64,000 bases of DNA, taken from positions 13,144,001 through 13,208,000 of the forward strand of contig JBHGNT010000007.1 of NCBI GenBank assembly GCA_043228905.1, read 5' to 3'. Positions 23,974 to 36,000 of the stretch are shown piece after piece; the first letter of the stretch is position 1, and each line of letters opens with the position of its first letter. The notes under the pieces were generated by a model. The model had not been told where the DNA came from, did not search any database, and saw nothing but the letters and a program-made list of their open reading frames with translations. Source of the stretch: Azolla caroliniana (taxonomy: Eukaryota; Plantae; Polypodiophyta). The translations under genes and the position numbers were made by a program.

Positions 23974-26900
23974 ATGGCCACCGTTAGCGCTGAAGAGTAT
24001 CAATCCGTTTTCTCGGAATTTCAATGCTTGAAAGAGAAGTTTCATGCTTTGGAACAAGAAAATCAACGCTTGTTGGGGGATCTTCAGCAAATTTCCTTAG
24101 AAAAGCAGCAAACGCAACAACAGCATGGGGAACTTGCGTTACGCGTGCAACAACTCGAAGCAACCATCGTAGCAATGCAACAACAAGGGCACGGAGCACA
24201 AGGGATTCATAAAGAACCCAAGATTGGCCTTCCCACGAAGTTCGATGGAACGCGATCGCAGTTTAGAGGGTTTCTTAACCAGGTACGGTTAGTTATTCAA
24301 ATGCATCCGTCCCGATATCCCACCGATGCATCACGAGTGGGTTTAGTAGGCACGTTGTTAAATGGCTCAGCATTAGCATGGTTCGCTCCGCTACTAGAAA
24401 AGGAATCTCCAGTACTAAATAATTTTGAAGAATTCATAAGTGAGTTTAAAGCATGTTTTGGAGATACTGACAGCATAAGGACTGCAATCAACAAAATCCG
24501 GCGATTACGCCAAGGTGACCGTCCAGCCTCCGCATATGCTGCAGATTTCCGTCTACTCGCCGCCGATATCCCCTGGGATGATCAAGCATTGATGGAGTAG
24601 TTCCGCTATGGTCTACGCAACGATGTCAAGGATTTACTCTTGACTTTCCCTGAAGAGCCAAAATCATTAACAGAAGCAATCAGTCGAGCGGTCAGATGTG
24701 ACAACCGCCTCTTCGAGCAACGTTCGGAACGACAATTTCAGATGCCGAGGGCAAGATCCGAGCCTACCTATGCCTCAGTGGTAGCGAAACCTTTTCAAAG
24801 GGAGTCACATAATGCGCCTCCAGTAAGTACTCCAACTCCAATGGAAATTGACACTACACGTCGTCGTGGGCCGCTATCGGAGGAGGAAAAGCAACGACGC
24901 CGAACAAACCGATTATGCCTTTATTGCGGTGGACCAAGGCATATCGCGATAAACTGTCCCCATAGACCAAGAAGGCAGGTAAACCAAGTCGTTATTAGTT
25001 CTGACTATACTAAACCCGAGTCTATTTCAGTAGGAATCTCTGATAGTCCTCATAGTCATAATAGTCCTAATAGTAGTCCGAATCTCGCAAACAAATTTGA
25101 TGTCCTTAGCCAATTAGAAGAAGAGTTAAACGACTAAGTCCAGCCAAAATAGGAGCCGTTTGGTTGGACAGCCCTAGATCTGTGCAGCCCATTAGTGGTT
25201 CCATTCCCTCTAAGCAAGTTAGTGATGTGTTCGTAGCCCAAGTAGCAGTTAGTACTAAAAGTACCCCTCCAGTACATACCTTAGCCCTTCTAGATTCCGG
25301 AGCTAATTCTTGCTTCATGGATAGGAATTTTGCCTGAGCTCATCAGATATCTCTCAGAAAGCTCCCATGTCCAGCCTCAGTAATAGTCATTGATGGTCGT
25401 CCCATTGCTTCTGGTAATATCATAGAAGAGTCGGAACCCGTTAATATTGTCCTAGATAACTTAACATGTGTAGTATCATTTAATATTATTAGTATTCCAG
25501 AACATCCCATAGTTTTAGGATTACCATGGTTCGAGTTACATAACCCAGACATAGATTGGAGGACAAGGGAAATCCGGTTGCGACAAACCCAAGGATCTAC
25601 CCAGAAGGTTGCAACCATTTCGCTACGTCAGTTGCGTGAGGAAGGGCGCAAGGAGGAAATGTTTCTCTTCGCAATATCAGTACAACCCTCCAGCACCACC
25701 AAAGAGGAGTCCACCGTTCAACTTCCCGAGAAGTATCGTCAGTATGCTGATGTGTTCGATAAAGTACAAGCCAACACACTTCCTCATCATCGGCCGTACG
25801 ATTGCGCCATCGACTTACAACCGGGAAAAGAGCCGCCATGGGGGCCGATCTACAATTTGTCACCAACCGAGCTAGAAGTCCTTCGAGCCTATATAGAGGA
25901 GAATTTGGAGAACGGTTTCATTCGGCATTCGAAATCTCCAGCCGGCGCACCCATTTTCTTCGTCAAGAAAAAAGATGGCTCGCTTCGACTCGTTGTAGAT
26001 TACCGTGGCTTGAATAAGGTCACAGTAAGAAATAGGTATGCTCTTCCCCTTATCTCAAGTCTTTTAGAACGGATCAACGGTGCCAGGTTCTTCACGAAGA
26101 TCGACTTACGAGGAGCCTATAACCTCGTACGGATCCGACCAGGAGATGAATGGAAGACCGCGTTTCGCACCAGATATGGGCACTTCGAGTATACGGTCAT
26201 GCCGTTCGGACTCACTAATGCGCCGGCAGTCTTCCAGCACATGGCGAATGATATATTTCGAGATCTCTTGGATGATTTTTTGATCATCTATTTGGATGAT
26301 CTACTGGTTTATTCAAAGACCCAAGAAGAACATGATTCTCATGTACTATTAGTACTAAAACGACTTCGAGAACATGGTCTGTATGCAAAGTTAGAGAAAT
26401 GTAGTTTCGGGTGCAACCAAGTGGAATTTCTCGGCTATGTCATCTCCTCAGAAGGCATATCCATGGACCCAGCCAAGGTCAAAACGGTGATAGAATGGCA
26501 CACTCCGCGTTCGGTGCGGGATGTGCAATGCTTCCTAGGCTTTGCAAATTTTTACCGGAAGTTCATACAAAATTACTCAAAAATTGTGCTGCCTCTCACA
26601 CAGCTCACCAGGAAGGGACAATCATTCATTTGGTCTAAAGAGACGGACATGGCTTTCGAGAGTCTTAAGAAGGCGTTTACATCAGCTCCAATTTTAGGTC
26701 ATGTGGATCCGGAAAAACCATTCATTATCGAAGCTGACGCATCGGATTTCGCATTGGGGAGCATTCTGTCACAACAGGGTAACGACGAGAAGCTACATCC
26801 TGTGGCTTTCCACTCCCGTAAGTTTGACGCCGCCGAAATCAACTACGAAATTCATGATAAAGAGCTATTAGCAATAGTTGATTCTTTTATGCAATGGAGG

Positions 26901-28717
26901 CATTTCCTGGAGGGATCTCCTCATCAGGTCACTGTATTCAGTGACCACAAGAACCTTGCCTACTTTCAAGATGCTCGTGTACTGAATCGACGTCAAGCTC
27001 GGTGGGCCCACTTCCTCACACGCTTCGACTTCAAAATTACATATCGTCCGGGGAAGCACCAAGGGAAGGCAGATACATTATCACTGCGTTCGTATCTAAC
27101 ACCATGTCCCGGTGAGCCAGCCTTCGATAACCAGAAGCAAGTAATCTTGGGTCCAGCACGACTGCAAGCAGCACAGGTCTTTGACATGCCCGTGGATTCC
27201 GACATTACCAATACTATACGTGAGGACTTGAAGACTGACGCTTTCGCCCAAGCTATACTAGCACAAATTGACCCCTCTCGAGCGTCATGTTCACAATCAC
27301 AATCACCAGGTACGGATTATCGGCAATTCAAATACTGTGATGGATTACTCTTCTTTAAAGAACTTTTGTATGTTCCTAATGGTTCTTGCCGCCTTCGAGT
27401 AGTACAAAACTGCCATGACACATATACAGCAGGACATTTTGGTAGTACTAAAACATTAGATTTAGTACAACGATCATTCTGGTGGCCCCGTATGCGACAA
27501 TTTGTCGAAGATTTTGTTCGGACTTGTGATACATGCTGCAGAGCGAAAATGCCAAGACATCATCCATATGGTTTATTAGAACCATTACCAATTCCAAGCA
27601 AGCCATGGCAATCCATTGCTCTTGACTTCATTACAGATCTTCCAGTCTCTAAGGGATTCAGTGCGATTCTCATAGTGGTGGATCGATATACGAAGATGGC
27701 TCATTTCTTACCATGTACTAAAGAAATATCTAGTGAAGACACCGCCGAAATTGTCATGCGGGAAGTATGTCGGCATCATGGACTCCCTGATAATATCATC
27801 AGCGATCGTGGACCCCAGTTTGTGTCAAAATTCTGGAAGCACCTTTTTAAAATGCTGAAGGTCACTTGTAACCTCTCCTCCGGCTACCACCCACAAACCG
27901 ACGGTCAAGCCGAACGAACAAATCAAACACTGGAGCAGTATCTGCGGTGCTTTCTCAACTATCATCAGAATGACTGGGCAGATATTCTTCAGTTCGCCGA
28001 ATTTGCCTATAATAACGCTATCCATCGACTAAAGTCACGCCATTCTACGCTTATACGGGATATCATCCCCGGTGGTGTGTCCTTGAAACCCCAGAAGTGT
28101 CCACAAATCCTTGCGCGGAGGATCGTTTGGAGCGGTTACGCAAGATACAAGCGGATTTATCTACTCAACTCCAGCAAGCTCAACAATCACACAAGGACTA
28201 CGCAGATCGTCATCGACTTCCATCCAGTTTTAACATTGGAGATCGGGTGTGGCTGCTACGACGACACATCAAGACTACTCGCCCATGTGAGAAGTTGGAT
28301 TATCGGCGATTAGGTCCTTTCCGTATTATCGGGAAGATTAATGATGTCGCTTTTCGTCTCGAGCTACCTCCGCAACTTCGGATACATCCGGTGTTTCATA
28401 GTTCTCTCCTCGAACCCTATCACGAGAGCACTATCCCAGGACGTACTATACAACCACCACCTCCTATCGAGCTCGAAGATGGACCTGAGTATGAGGTCGC
28501 TGCCATCCTCGATTCCAAGATTGTTCACAACAAGCTCTACTATCTAGTCGATTGGCTAGGATATAGTCCCAGCGAGCGTACTTGGGAACCGATCGAGAAT
28601 GTGACCAATGCTCGTGCTCTTCTAGAAGACTTCCATCGACGATACCCCGAGAAACCGGGTCCTCAATCCAAAACGACTCGTGGAACTCGTCGTTTTAAAG
28701 GGGGGATAGTGTCATAA
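23974..28717 (+). pseudogene. gag and pol (protease-RT-RNase H-integrase-chromodomain) of D
   Basis: CLYCGGPRHIAINC, LLDSGA, YLDD, DASD, HHCC, ISDRG, YEVAAIL..YLVDWLGY..TWEP; stops at ~24598 and ~25335; frameshift near 28025. Confidence 0.95.
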
Positions 28718-31545
28718 CTAGACTCGAACCCATAACCTTTTGTTACACGGGTCGAGACTTTACCATTAGGTTATGAATTGTAATTTGAAGGATATTATTT
28801 TCATTTAGGTTTTATTGGGAAATTGATGTATATTCCAGATTTCTCTGGAACATTCTAGAAACTTCAGGAGTATTCCTGAAGACACTATAAAAGGAGGCGC
28901 AAGGCATTAGTTCGAACCAAATCGGTTCAACGCCAGTCTTAAGCCTTCTAACTACTGTTGTATATCTTCCTTCATATAATACATATATCTTTCGCATCAT
29001 CATTCTCTCTCTCTCTCTCTCTCTCTCTCACTCACTCATTCCTTCTCTCAAAGTTCGACACCTCTCATAGTACTAATCCTTCTCTGTCTTAGTACTATTC
29101 CCTAACAATAGTACTAATCCTTCTTTTAGTACTAATTCCTTCTCTGCCTTAATAGAGTTCCTGACACTCGGGGGTTTTGGTGGCCCCAACCTTGGAAATT
29201 TTCTAAGGAATTTATCAAGACATGTGATGTATGTGCTCGGTCCAAAATGGCTCACCATCGGCCATCTGGTCTTCTCCACCCGCTCCCAATTCCAAGTTGA
29301 CCATGGGCCTCTCTATCCATGGACTTTATAACCGACCTCCCTCTGGTCAGTGGCCATGACACGATGCTAGTAATTGTTGATCGGTTTTCAAAGATGGCTC
29401 ACTTTGTCCCATGTTCCAAAACCATTTCCGGAGAAGAGACAACTGACCTTTTTCTTAAAAATGTTGTCCGATTACACGACTTACCAGAGGATATCACCTC
29501 TGATACCTCTGATCGAGGTTCTCAATTCATTTCCTACTTTTGGTGACGACTTCTGCAGACATTTGGAACTTCTGTAAACTTGTCATCAGCATACCATCCT
29601 CAAACTGATGGACAAACTGAATGAGTCAACCTGTAAAGAATCAAGAGATGGATTCTATGCAGCAGAATAGATATGAACTGTGTGTGTGTATGAGAGAGAG
29701 AGAGTGAGAGAGAGAGACAAGGAGTAAGGCACAGAGAATATGCAAGGTAAAGTATATTAACAAAGGAGAAAGACTCAACATTCTACAAGGTGGGAGGAGG
29801 GTGCTTTATATAGTCACCCTCTCTCTTCATTAACTACAAGACTCATGGAGCATGGGGAATGTGAAAGCTCATAAGTTATGTGTCATAGAATATGATTCTA
29901 TGACTCATACTAAATGCTAGAATACAAAGTGGTGACATAATGATGACTCTTGACCGTTGGAGTGTTTATTCACTCTCAAGGTGAGTTCACACACTAGACC
30001 AAGTTGAGCTTCATTCTCAACACGCCCCCTCAAGCTCAAGTCGGGTCAGTTTCAGACGGTATCCGAAATCCGCTTCGACTTGCATCAACTCACATTTATG
30101 CGGAGTTGCGAAATCCATGCTCCAGCTTGCGTTGTGCGTAGTTGCGAAGTCTGTGTGCTTCGGCTTGCATCTTTCTTTGCGGCTTTGTGCAGTAGATTGG
30201 CTCTTCGTGGCTTCGTTGCGCAGTTGCGGAATCCACACGTTATTGCGTAGTGTCTTCAGTACTCCCCCTCAAGCTTGGCAGGTCAGGGATCGTCAATCCG
30301 AGATCGGTCATGAATTGTGATAGCTTGTCGGCTCCTAAGGCTTTAGTGAAGATGTCGGCCATTTGAAGATTTGTGCTAATGTGTTGTAGGTCGACATCGC
30401 CAGTTAGAACGCGCTCTCGGATGAAGTGATAGTGCACTTCGATGTGCTTTGTCCGCGCGTGGAACACCGGGTTCTGAGCCAGATAGATACTGCTCATGTT
30501 GTCGCAGTAAAGGGAAGTCAGATCCTTGATGGGTACGCCCAGATCCTTCAAAATCCTCTTGAGCCATACGGCTTCACATGCGGCCACTACCACGCCCATG
30601 TATTCCGCCTCTGTGCTCGAAAGAGCAACGATTAGTTGCTTTTTGCTGCTCCAGGATATTGCTCCGCTGTCAAGGGAAAAAACAAATCCGGAGATTGATC
30701 TTCTATCGGCTTTGTAGCCGGCCCAATCAGCGTCTGTGTACCCCTCGAGTCGTATTGGCATCGCGGTCTTGTAGAGGATGCCGCAATCCATTGTGCCGCT
30801 CACGTATCATAGAACTCACTTAGTGCAATCTAAGTGAGTATCACGCGGTGTTTGCATGAATTGACTAAGGAGACCGACCGGATAACAAAGATCGGGTCGA
30901 GTGATCGTGAGGTAGATGAAACTCTCGATGAGTTGTTGATACTGAGTCGGCTCACACACTTTGGTGCCGGAGTTTGCATCTAGTTTGAGATTGCGATCGA
31001 GTGGGGTTACCGCGGATTTGCACTCAGCCATCCCAAACTTGTATAACAAGTTGAGGATGTAGTGCTGTTGAGAGATCATGATTCCAGCCGGAGTCCGAAT
31101 TACCTCGATATCGAGGAAGTAGTGGAGCTCCTTCATGTCCGTCATCTCGAACTTGTCGGAAAGGAGGGATTTGACCTTATTGATTTCGACGAGATGCTCA
31201 CCTCCAATGACTAGGTCATCCACATATAAGATGATGACGATCGGACTTGCGGAATCGCTTCATATGTAGAGGGAGCTGATTATCTTCGAATGCCAAGCAC
31301 GCGGTGCTTGCTTGAGGCCGTAGAGTGGCTTCTTGAGTCGGCATACAACTTTCGAATGGGTGCTCGAGTTGAAGCCGGGTGGTTGTATCATGTACACCTC
31401 CTATTCTAATTCGCCTTGTAGAAAGGCGTTCTTGACGTCCATTTGATGGAGGTGCCACCCTTTCGCCGCGGCAAGCGTAATTACGATTTGTACCGTCGTC
31501 ATCTTTGCCACTGGGGCAAAGGTCTCCTCGTAGTCAACTCCGCGC

Positions 31546-32187
31546 TGTCGTGACGATTTTCGGCTACGGTGTGAAACCGAGTGAGACGAATAAACCAAGG
31601 ATGTGCAACATTGCACATGCACTTAGCAAATAAACCTAGCCTAGTGGCACTTGAGTTCATACAGAGGGGTGCAAGCAAGGATTGAACCTTGCACCTCTAA
31701 GATACAAGATAATTGCCTTACCACTAGGACAACTATCATATAGTGTAGATTATATGTATTTCCTTTTCATATACAAATTATAGACGAAACAACCATAGAA
31801 AACCATGTGCACAAAACCATGGTTTTAAACCCATGGTTTGTGCATGACATAAGCAAAACCGTGTGCACAAAACCATGGTTTTAGCCCATGGTTATGTGCA
31901 TGTCACGAGCATGGAAAGACTTATAAAAGCCTCTAGTTGGGCTTGTGTAAGGGGGGCTCAATATGTGATATCACCAACACCATTATCATCAATATAATTA
32001 TATTTGTCTTTATCTTCTTCATTATTTTCTACTTCTCAAGTGTGCAAGCTTTCTTCTTCTCAAGTGAACAAATTCCGTCTAATCTTACATTGATCGTCAT
32101 CTCTTCGATAATTCCGCGAACATCCTCCCCAGTTCAAGACCCCGGTGGTCGCTCGAGTAGCACACGCACGCGCGAATCTTCGCGACA
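31546..32187 (+). mobile_element. Element F: solo LTR related to C
   Basis: tgtcgtg..cgcgaca; 4-bp TSD GCGC, and removal restores GYAQTRGVDY in the RT of E; R/U5 part is the reverse complement of 20730-21100. Confidence 0.92.
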
Positions 32188-33055
32188 GCGCGTTTGGGCG
32201 TAGCCTTTTGCTAATAGTCGCGCTTTGTAGCTAGGTTGATAGAACCGTCGGCGTTGTACTTCACTTTGTAAATCCATCTGCATCAGATTGCCTTTTTGTG
32301 TGGTGAGGTAGGAACGAGATCCCATGTCTCGTTCGTGCATAGTGCCTGCATCTCCTCGTTCATGGCTTCGATCCATCGCGGATTCTTGGCTGCTTCGGAA
32401 AATGTTTCCGGCTCGCGTACTGTCGCCACCTTCATCATAAAGGCATAGTGATATGCCATGTAGTCGTTGTAGCCGAATCGACTGACCAGATTCTTTTCAC
32501 GGGTGGAGCGATGAAGCTTTTCATTTGCAGAGATGAGGGCTTTCTTAGCTCCGATTGGTACATCGAAGCCACCGAACTCACTGTCGAGTGAGTGAGTTGA
32601 CTCATCGTCGTCGAAGCAATCGTGTTCGTATTCCGTCATTTTCGCCGTGCCTTTGTCCATCTTCGGGCTAGGCCGTGATGTGCTTTGATCGCTCGGGGGC
32701 TCTTGTGGCCCACTTAGTCTTGTGGTAATCGGGCTATCTTCGAACATGTCTTCGAGGTGATCTCCACCTTCTTGCTCTTGTTCGGCCGGTTCCGTGTCGA
32801 TTGGGGTTGAAGTCGGAATCTTCTCTGGTGCATACCAGGATGCAGATTCGTCAAACACGATGTCTCAATTTACTCGAACTTTTTGGGTAGATGGGTTGTA
32901 GCATTTGTACCCCTTTTGTTCGAGTGAGTATCCTACGAGGATACATTTCTCTGACTTTGGATCTAGCTTTTGCCGCTTTTCGTTGAGTATGTGCACGTAT
33001 GCTATCGCGCCGAATATCCGGGTGTGCGATAAGTCCGGCTTCTTTCCGAAGTATT

Positions 33056-36000
33056 TGTTATTGCTAGGGCCAGACAACAGCCTAACACATGGTGTCCACT
33101 TAAGACACGTCACCAAAGGGTGGTACGACAGAATGACTTATGACACAATGCTTAATTAGACCTTAATCGATTACTTAGCCATCCGTAATTAACACGCGTA
33201 AGATATAACAATAAATACAGAACGGTAATCAACACTTGAAGATTAAGACAATAAGCTTTATTAATTATCCGCGCCTGATTACATTGTAACCGGGCCTTTA
33301 TATAGGTCCCTGGTGCGAAATACAAAACGGTGCCAACCGGCACCTTTACGGAATCGTTCCGGATCCGGATCGGCATACCGATTCCGGTCCGTCCGTCCAC
33401 ATCTTCTTATATAATAATATGTATATATTAAGACTACTAATTACAACAGTTCCCGAATAACTATTCCTTTCACACTCTGGTTTGGACCTCCTTAAGCCTT
33501 CTTTGCCGGCCGGTAACACATGGCACGCCTGTGGGACAGTACCTTGTACGTCGAACCCACTATCCGGCCCTTTTACGCTTCATCCAAAATGTCCAGAATG
33601 CTTTGCTTCAAAATTTCCAATGGCTCGTCGGGAATCTGTTGTTGCTGTTGTGGCTGTTGTTGTTGTTCCGTTTGTGGCTATGGCTGCTACTCCGTTTGTC
33701 GCTCTGGCACTGCCGTTTCCGTCGTTGGTTCCTCCGTCGGAGTTGTCTATGGTTGACTGACCCCGGCCTATTCCCCCTCCGGTCTTTGCACCGGCGACGG
33801 TTCCTCATCACTAAGGTTGACCGTTGCCGCCTTTCGCGCTTTTTCTTCCCAGAGCCGGGACCGCTCATAGCTTTCGAACTGGATTTGAGCCTCTAGCCGA
33901 TCATCGTCCAATTGAGCTACGAGCTGCCAGACCTGCACCAATTGTTCTCCGCCAGGGCCGTGAAATCTTCCGCCAGCTCATCCCTGATGGTGGTGAAGTC
34001 CTCCGAGGTCAGCATATAGCAGTCGTCGCCCTCCTTTCGCCGGTTTTCAACGTCCGCCCTAAGCAATTGGAGTTCCACCGTATTTTGCGACCATTTTGCC
34101 CACCATCGCACAGAGCTGTCATCAATCAAGCTTTTGGTCTTAGTGAGCCATGACTAGAGGATGCACTGGATCCATTCGGCTCCCATCTATGATTTATTTT
34201 CTGCGGCTTGTCACTCCTCCTTCAATTGCTTGATGATCCGAACCGTGTTCGCCTCCTGCTCCCTATAATGCGACAATTGAGTTTGATAGGTTGTTTGCAA
34301 CCTCTGCAGTATCATTGTCGCTCTTTCCTTGTCTTCATGGTTCTGTTTGTGGAGCTCCATCCAGTCATTCGCCGCTTCCTCCAATAGCCTGGAACTTTCC
34401 GCTTGTTCTTCAGCGAGTGCCGTTGTGGCCCTATCAACCTCTTGCCGGAGCTCGGCCATCCGTTCTTGTTGTTGCTTATGCACTGTCTCCAGTTGCTTGT
34501 AGTCCCGATGTAGATGATCGAAATCATCGGTCTTCTGCTTCAGTCGTTGGTTGATTTGATGGCGCGCGCGGTCCTCCATGTCCTTCTATTGACGGAGCTC
34601 TTCCTTCAGCCTCTCTATTTCCGTCTCCGCCATCCGTCGCAGCTTGTCTTTTTCCTGCAACACTTTCTCTTTTTCCTCCTTCAGCCGGTCGTAAGCATGA
34701 TGTCCTTTACGCAGATTTTCCTCTGTCCGGCGAAGGTTCTCAGCAGTCTTTCTTAATTCTTCTTCGGCCGCCTTCTTCAAGTCGCGTTCGCGGCTCCGTA
34801 ATGCTTCTTGTGCGGCGAGCTCATCTCGTAATTCCGCAAGCTCTTGGGTTTGCGCCGCCTCTTTCTCTGGGACAATTTGTGTCTCTAGGGTCTTATTCTT
34901 TTGTATATCAACCGGAGTCACTGGTGCTTGGACCTGCGTTGCGGTTAAGGCCATTTTGGCCATATCTCCTGTGATCCGATCCAAGTCTTGTTCTAGGCAC
35001 CGGATCCTTGACTGGGCCGTCTCCAGTTCATCGGTTGTGACGAGCAACCGTTTCGTTTGCGCTCTTTCCTCCGCCTCTATGCATCCGATTACTCCGGCAA
35101 TTTGGTCTCCTATCCACCGGAGCCATTGGCTGCCGGTGCACTGTTGTTGTGCTTGCACGGAGAGTTGGCTGATGGGTTCACTCACCGGTGGTTGGTCCCG
35201 CCTTTCTGCGTCAAGCTGCGCTTCTAGTTCTGCCAGCTGACCACTTTGCCGTTTCGGCTCTGAGGGTGTTTCGGCTAGTCGCCCCTTGTCTGCTTGTTCT
35301 TGGTCGGTTGGGTCGGTTGGCCTTTGTATCTCCGGCTCTTCGGTGACGGGGCTGCCGGTGCTGCCTGTTGTGCCGGGACTTCTATGACCGGTTCCGGTGC
35401 CTCCCTTGGTGTGGGTTGCTCAGCGTGAGTTGCGGGCGTTCCATCCTTCTGTGGGTCCGAACGCTTCCCGGCTGATTCAACGGTGCTCTTCACCGGCCTC
35501 TGCTGGAGGTGCTCCGTGGGTTCTTACTCCATTTCTTCCGCCTGAGTCCTGGCATTCATTCTTGCCGCCAAGGCGTCCGTTTCTTGTTGCCCTGGTCAGT
35601 GGAGTGGGCTCTTCAAGGGTCGTGCTGGTGTCTCCTCGTGCGTGTCCGTCGGTCGCTTCTGGCTGGCGCGCTCCTTCGCCGCCTTCTCTACTTCGGTAGT
35701 CTTCCCTTAGTGGCCTTGGAGGCCAACAGTTGTTGCCGTTTCGAAGCGGGTTTCGGGGTGCCGTCCGTTGCTCTTCCCCGCTTCTTGGTTTGGACAGGCT
35801 CGACCGGTGGCGCCAACAGGGTGAGCCATTGTGTCACCGCATGCCATATTTTCCGGCCTTCCTTGCCGTCCTTTCCTCTTACTATATCAATCGCCATACA
35901 CCGCCCGTCGGCGATTAGCACCAGCCAATCCACCTTGACCCCTTCGTACGTCGCGATGATCAAGCATGCTCGGTTTTGAGGCATGATGGGGAGTCGAGGG

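Larger units (their letters stand above)
23414..29166 (+). mobile_element. Element D: young full-length Tcn1-like chromovirus
   Basis: LTRs 23414-23872 and 28710-29166 (about one SNP plus (CT)n length); TSD CTCGG; PPT aaaggggggatag; no tRNA PBS. Confidence 0.97.
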
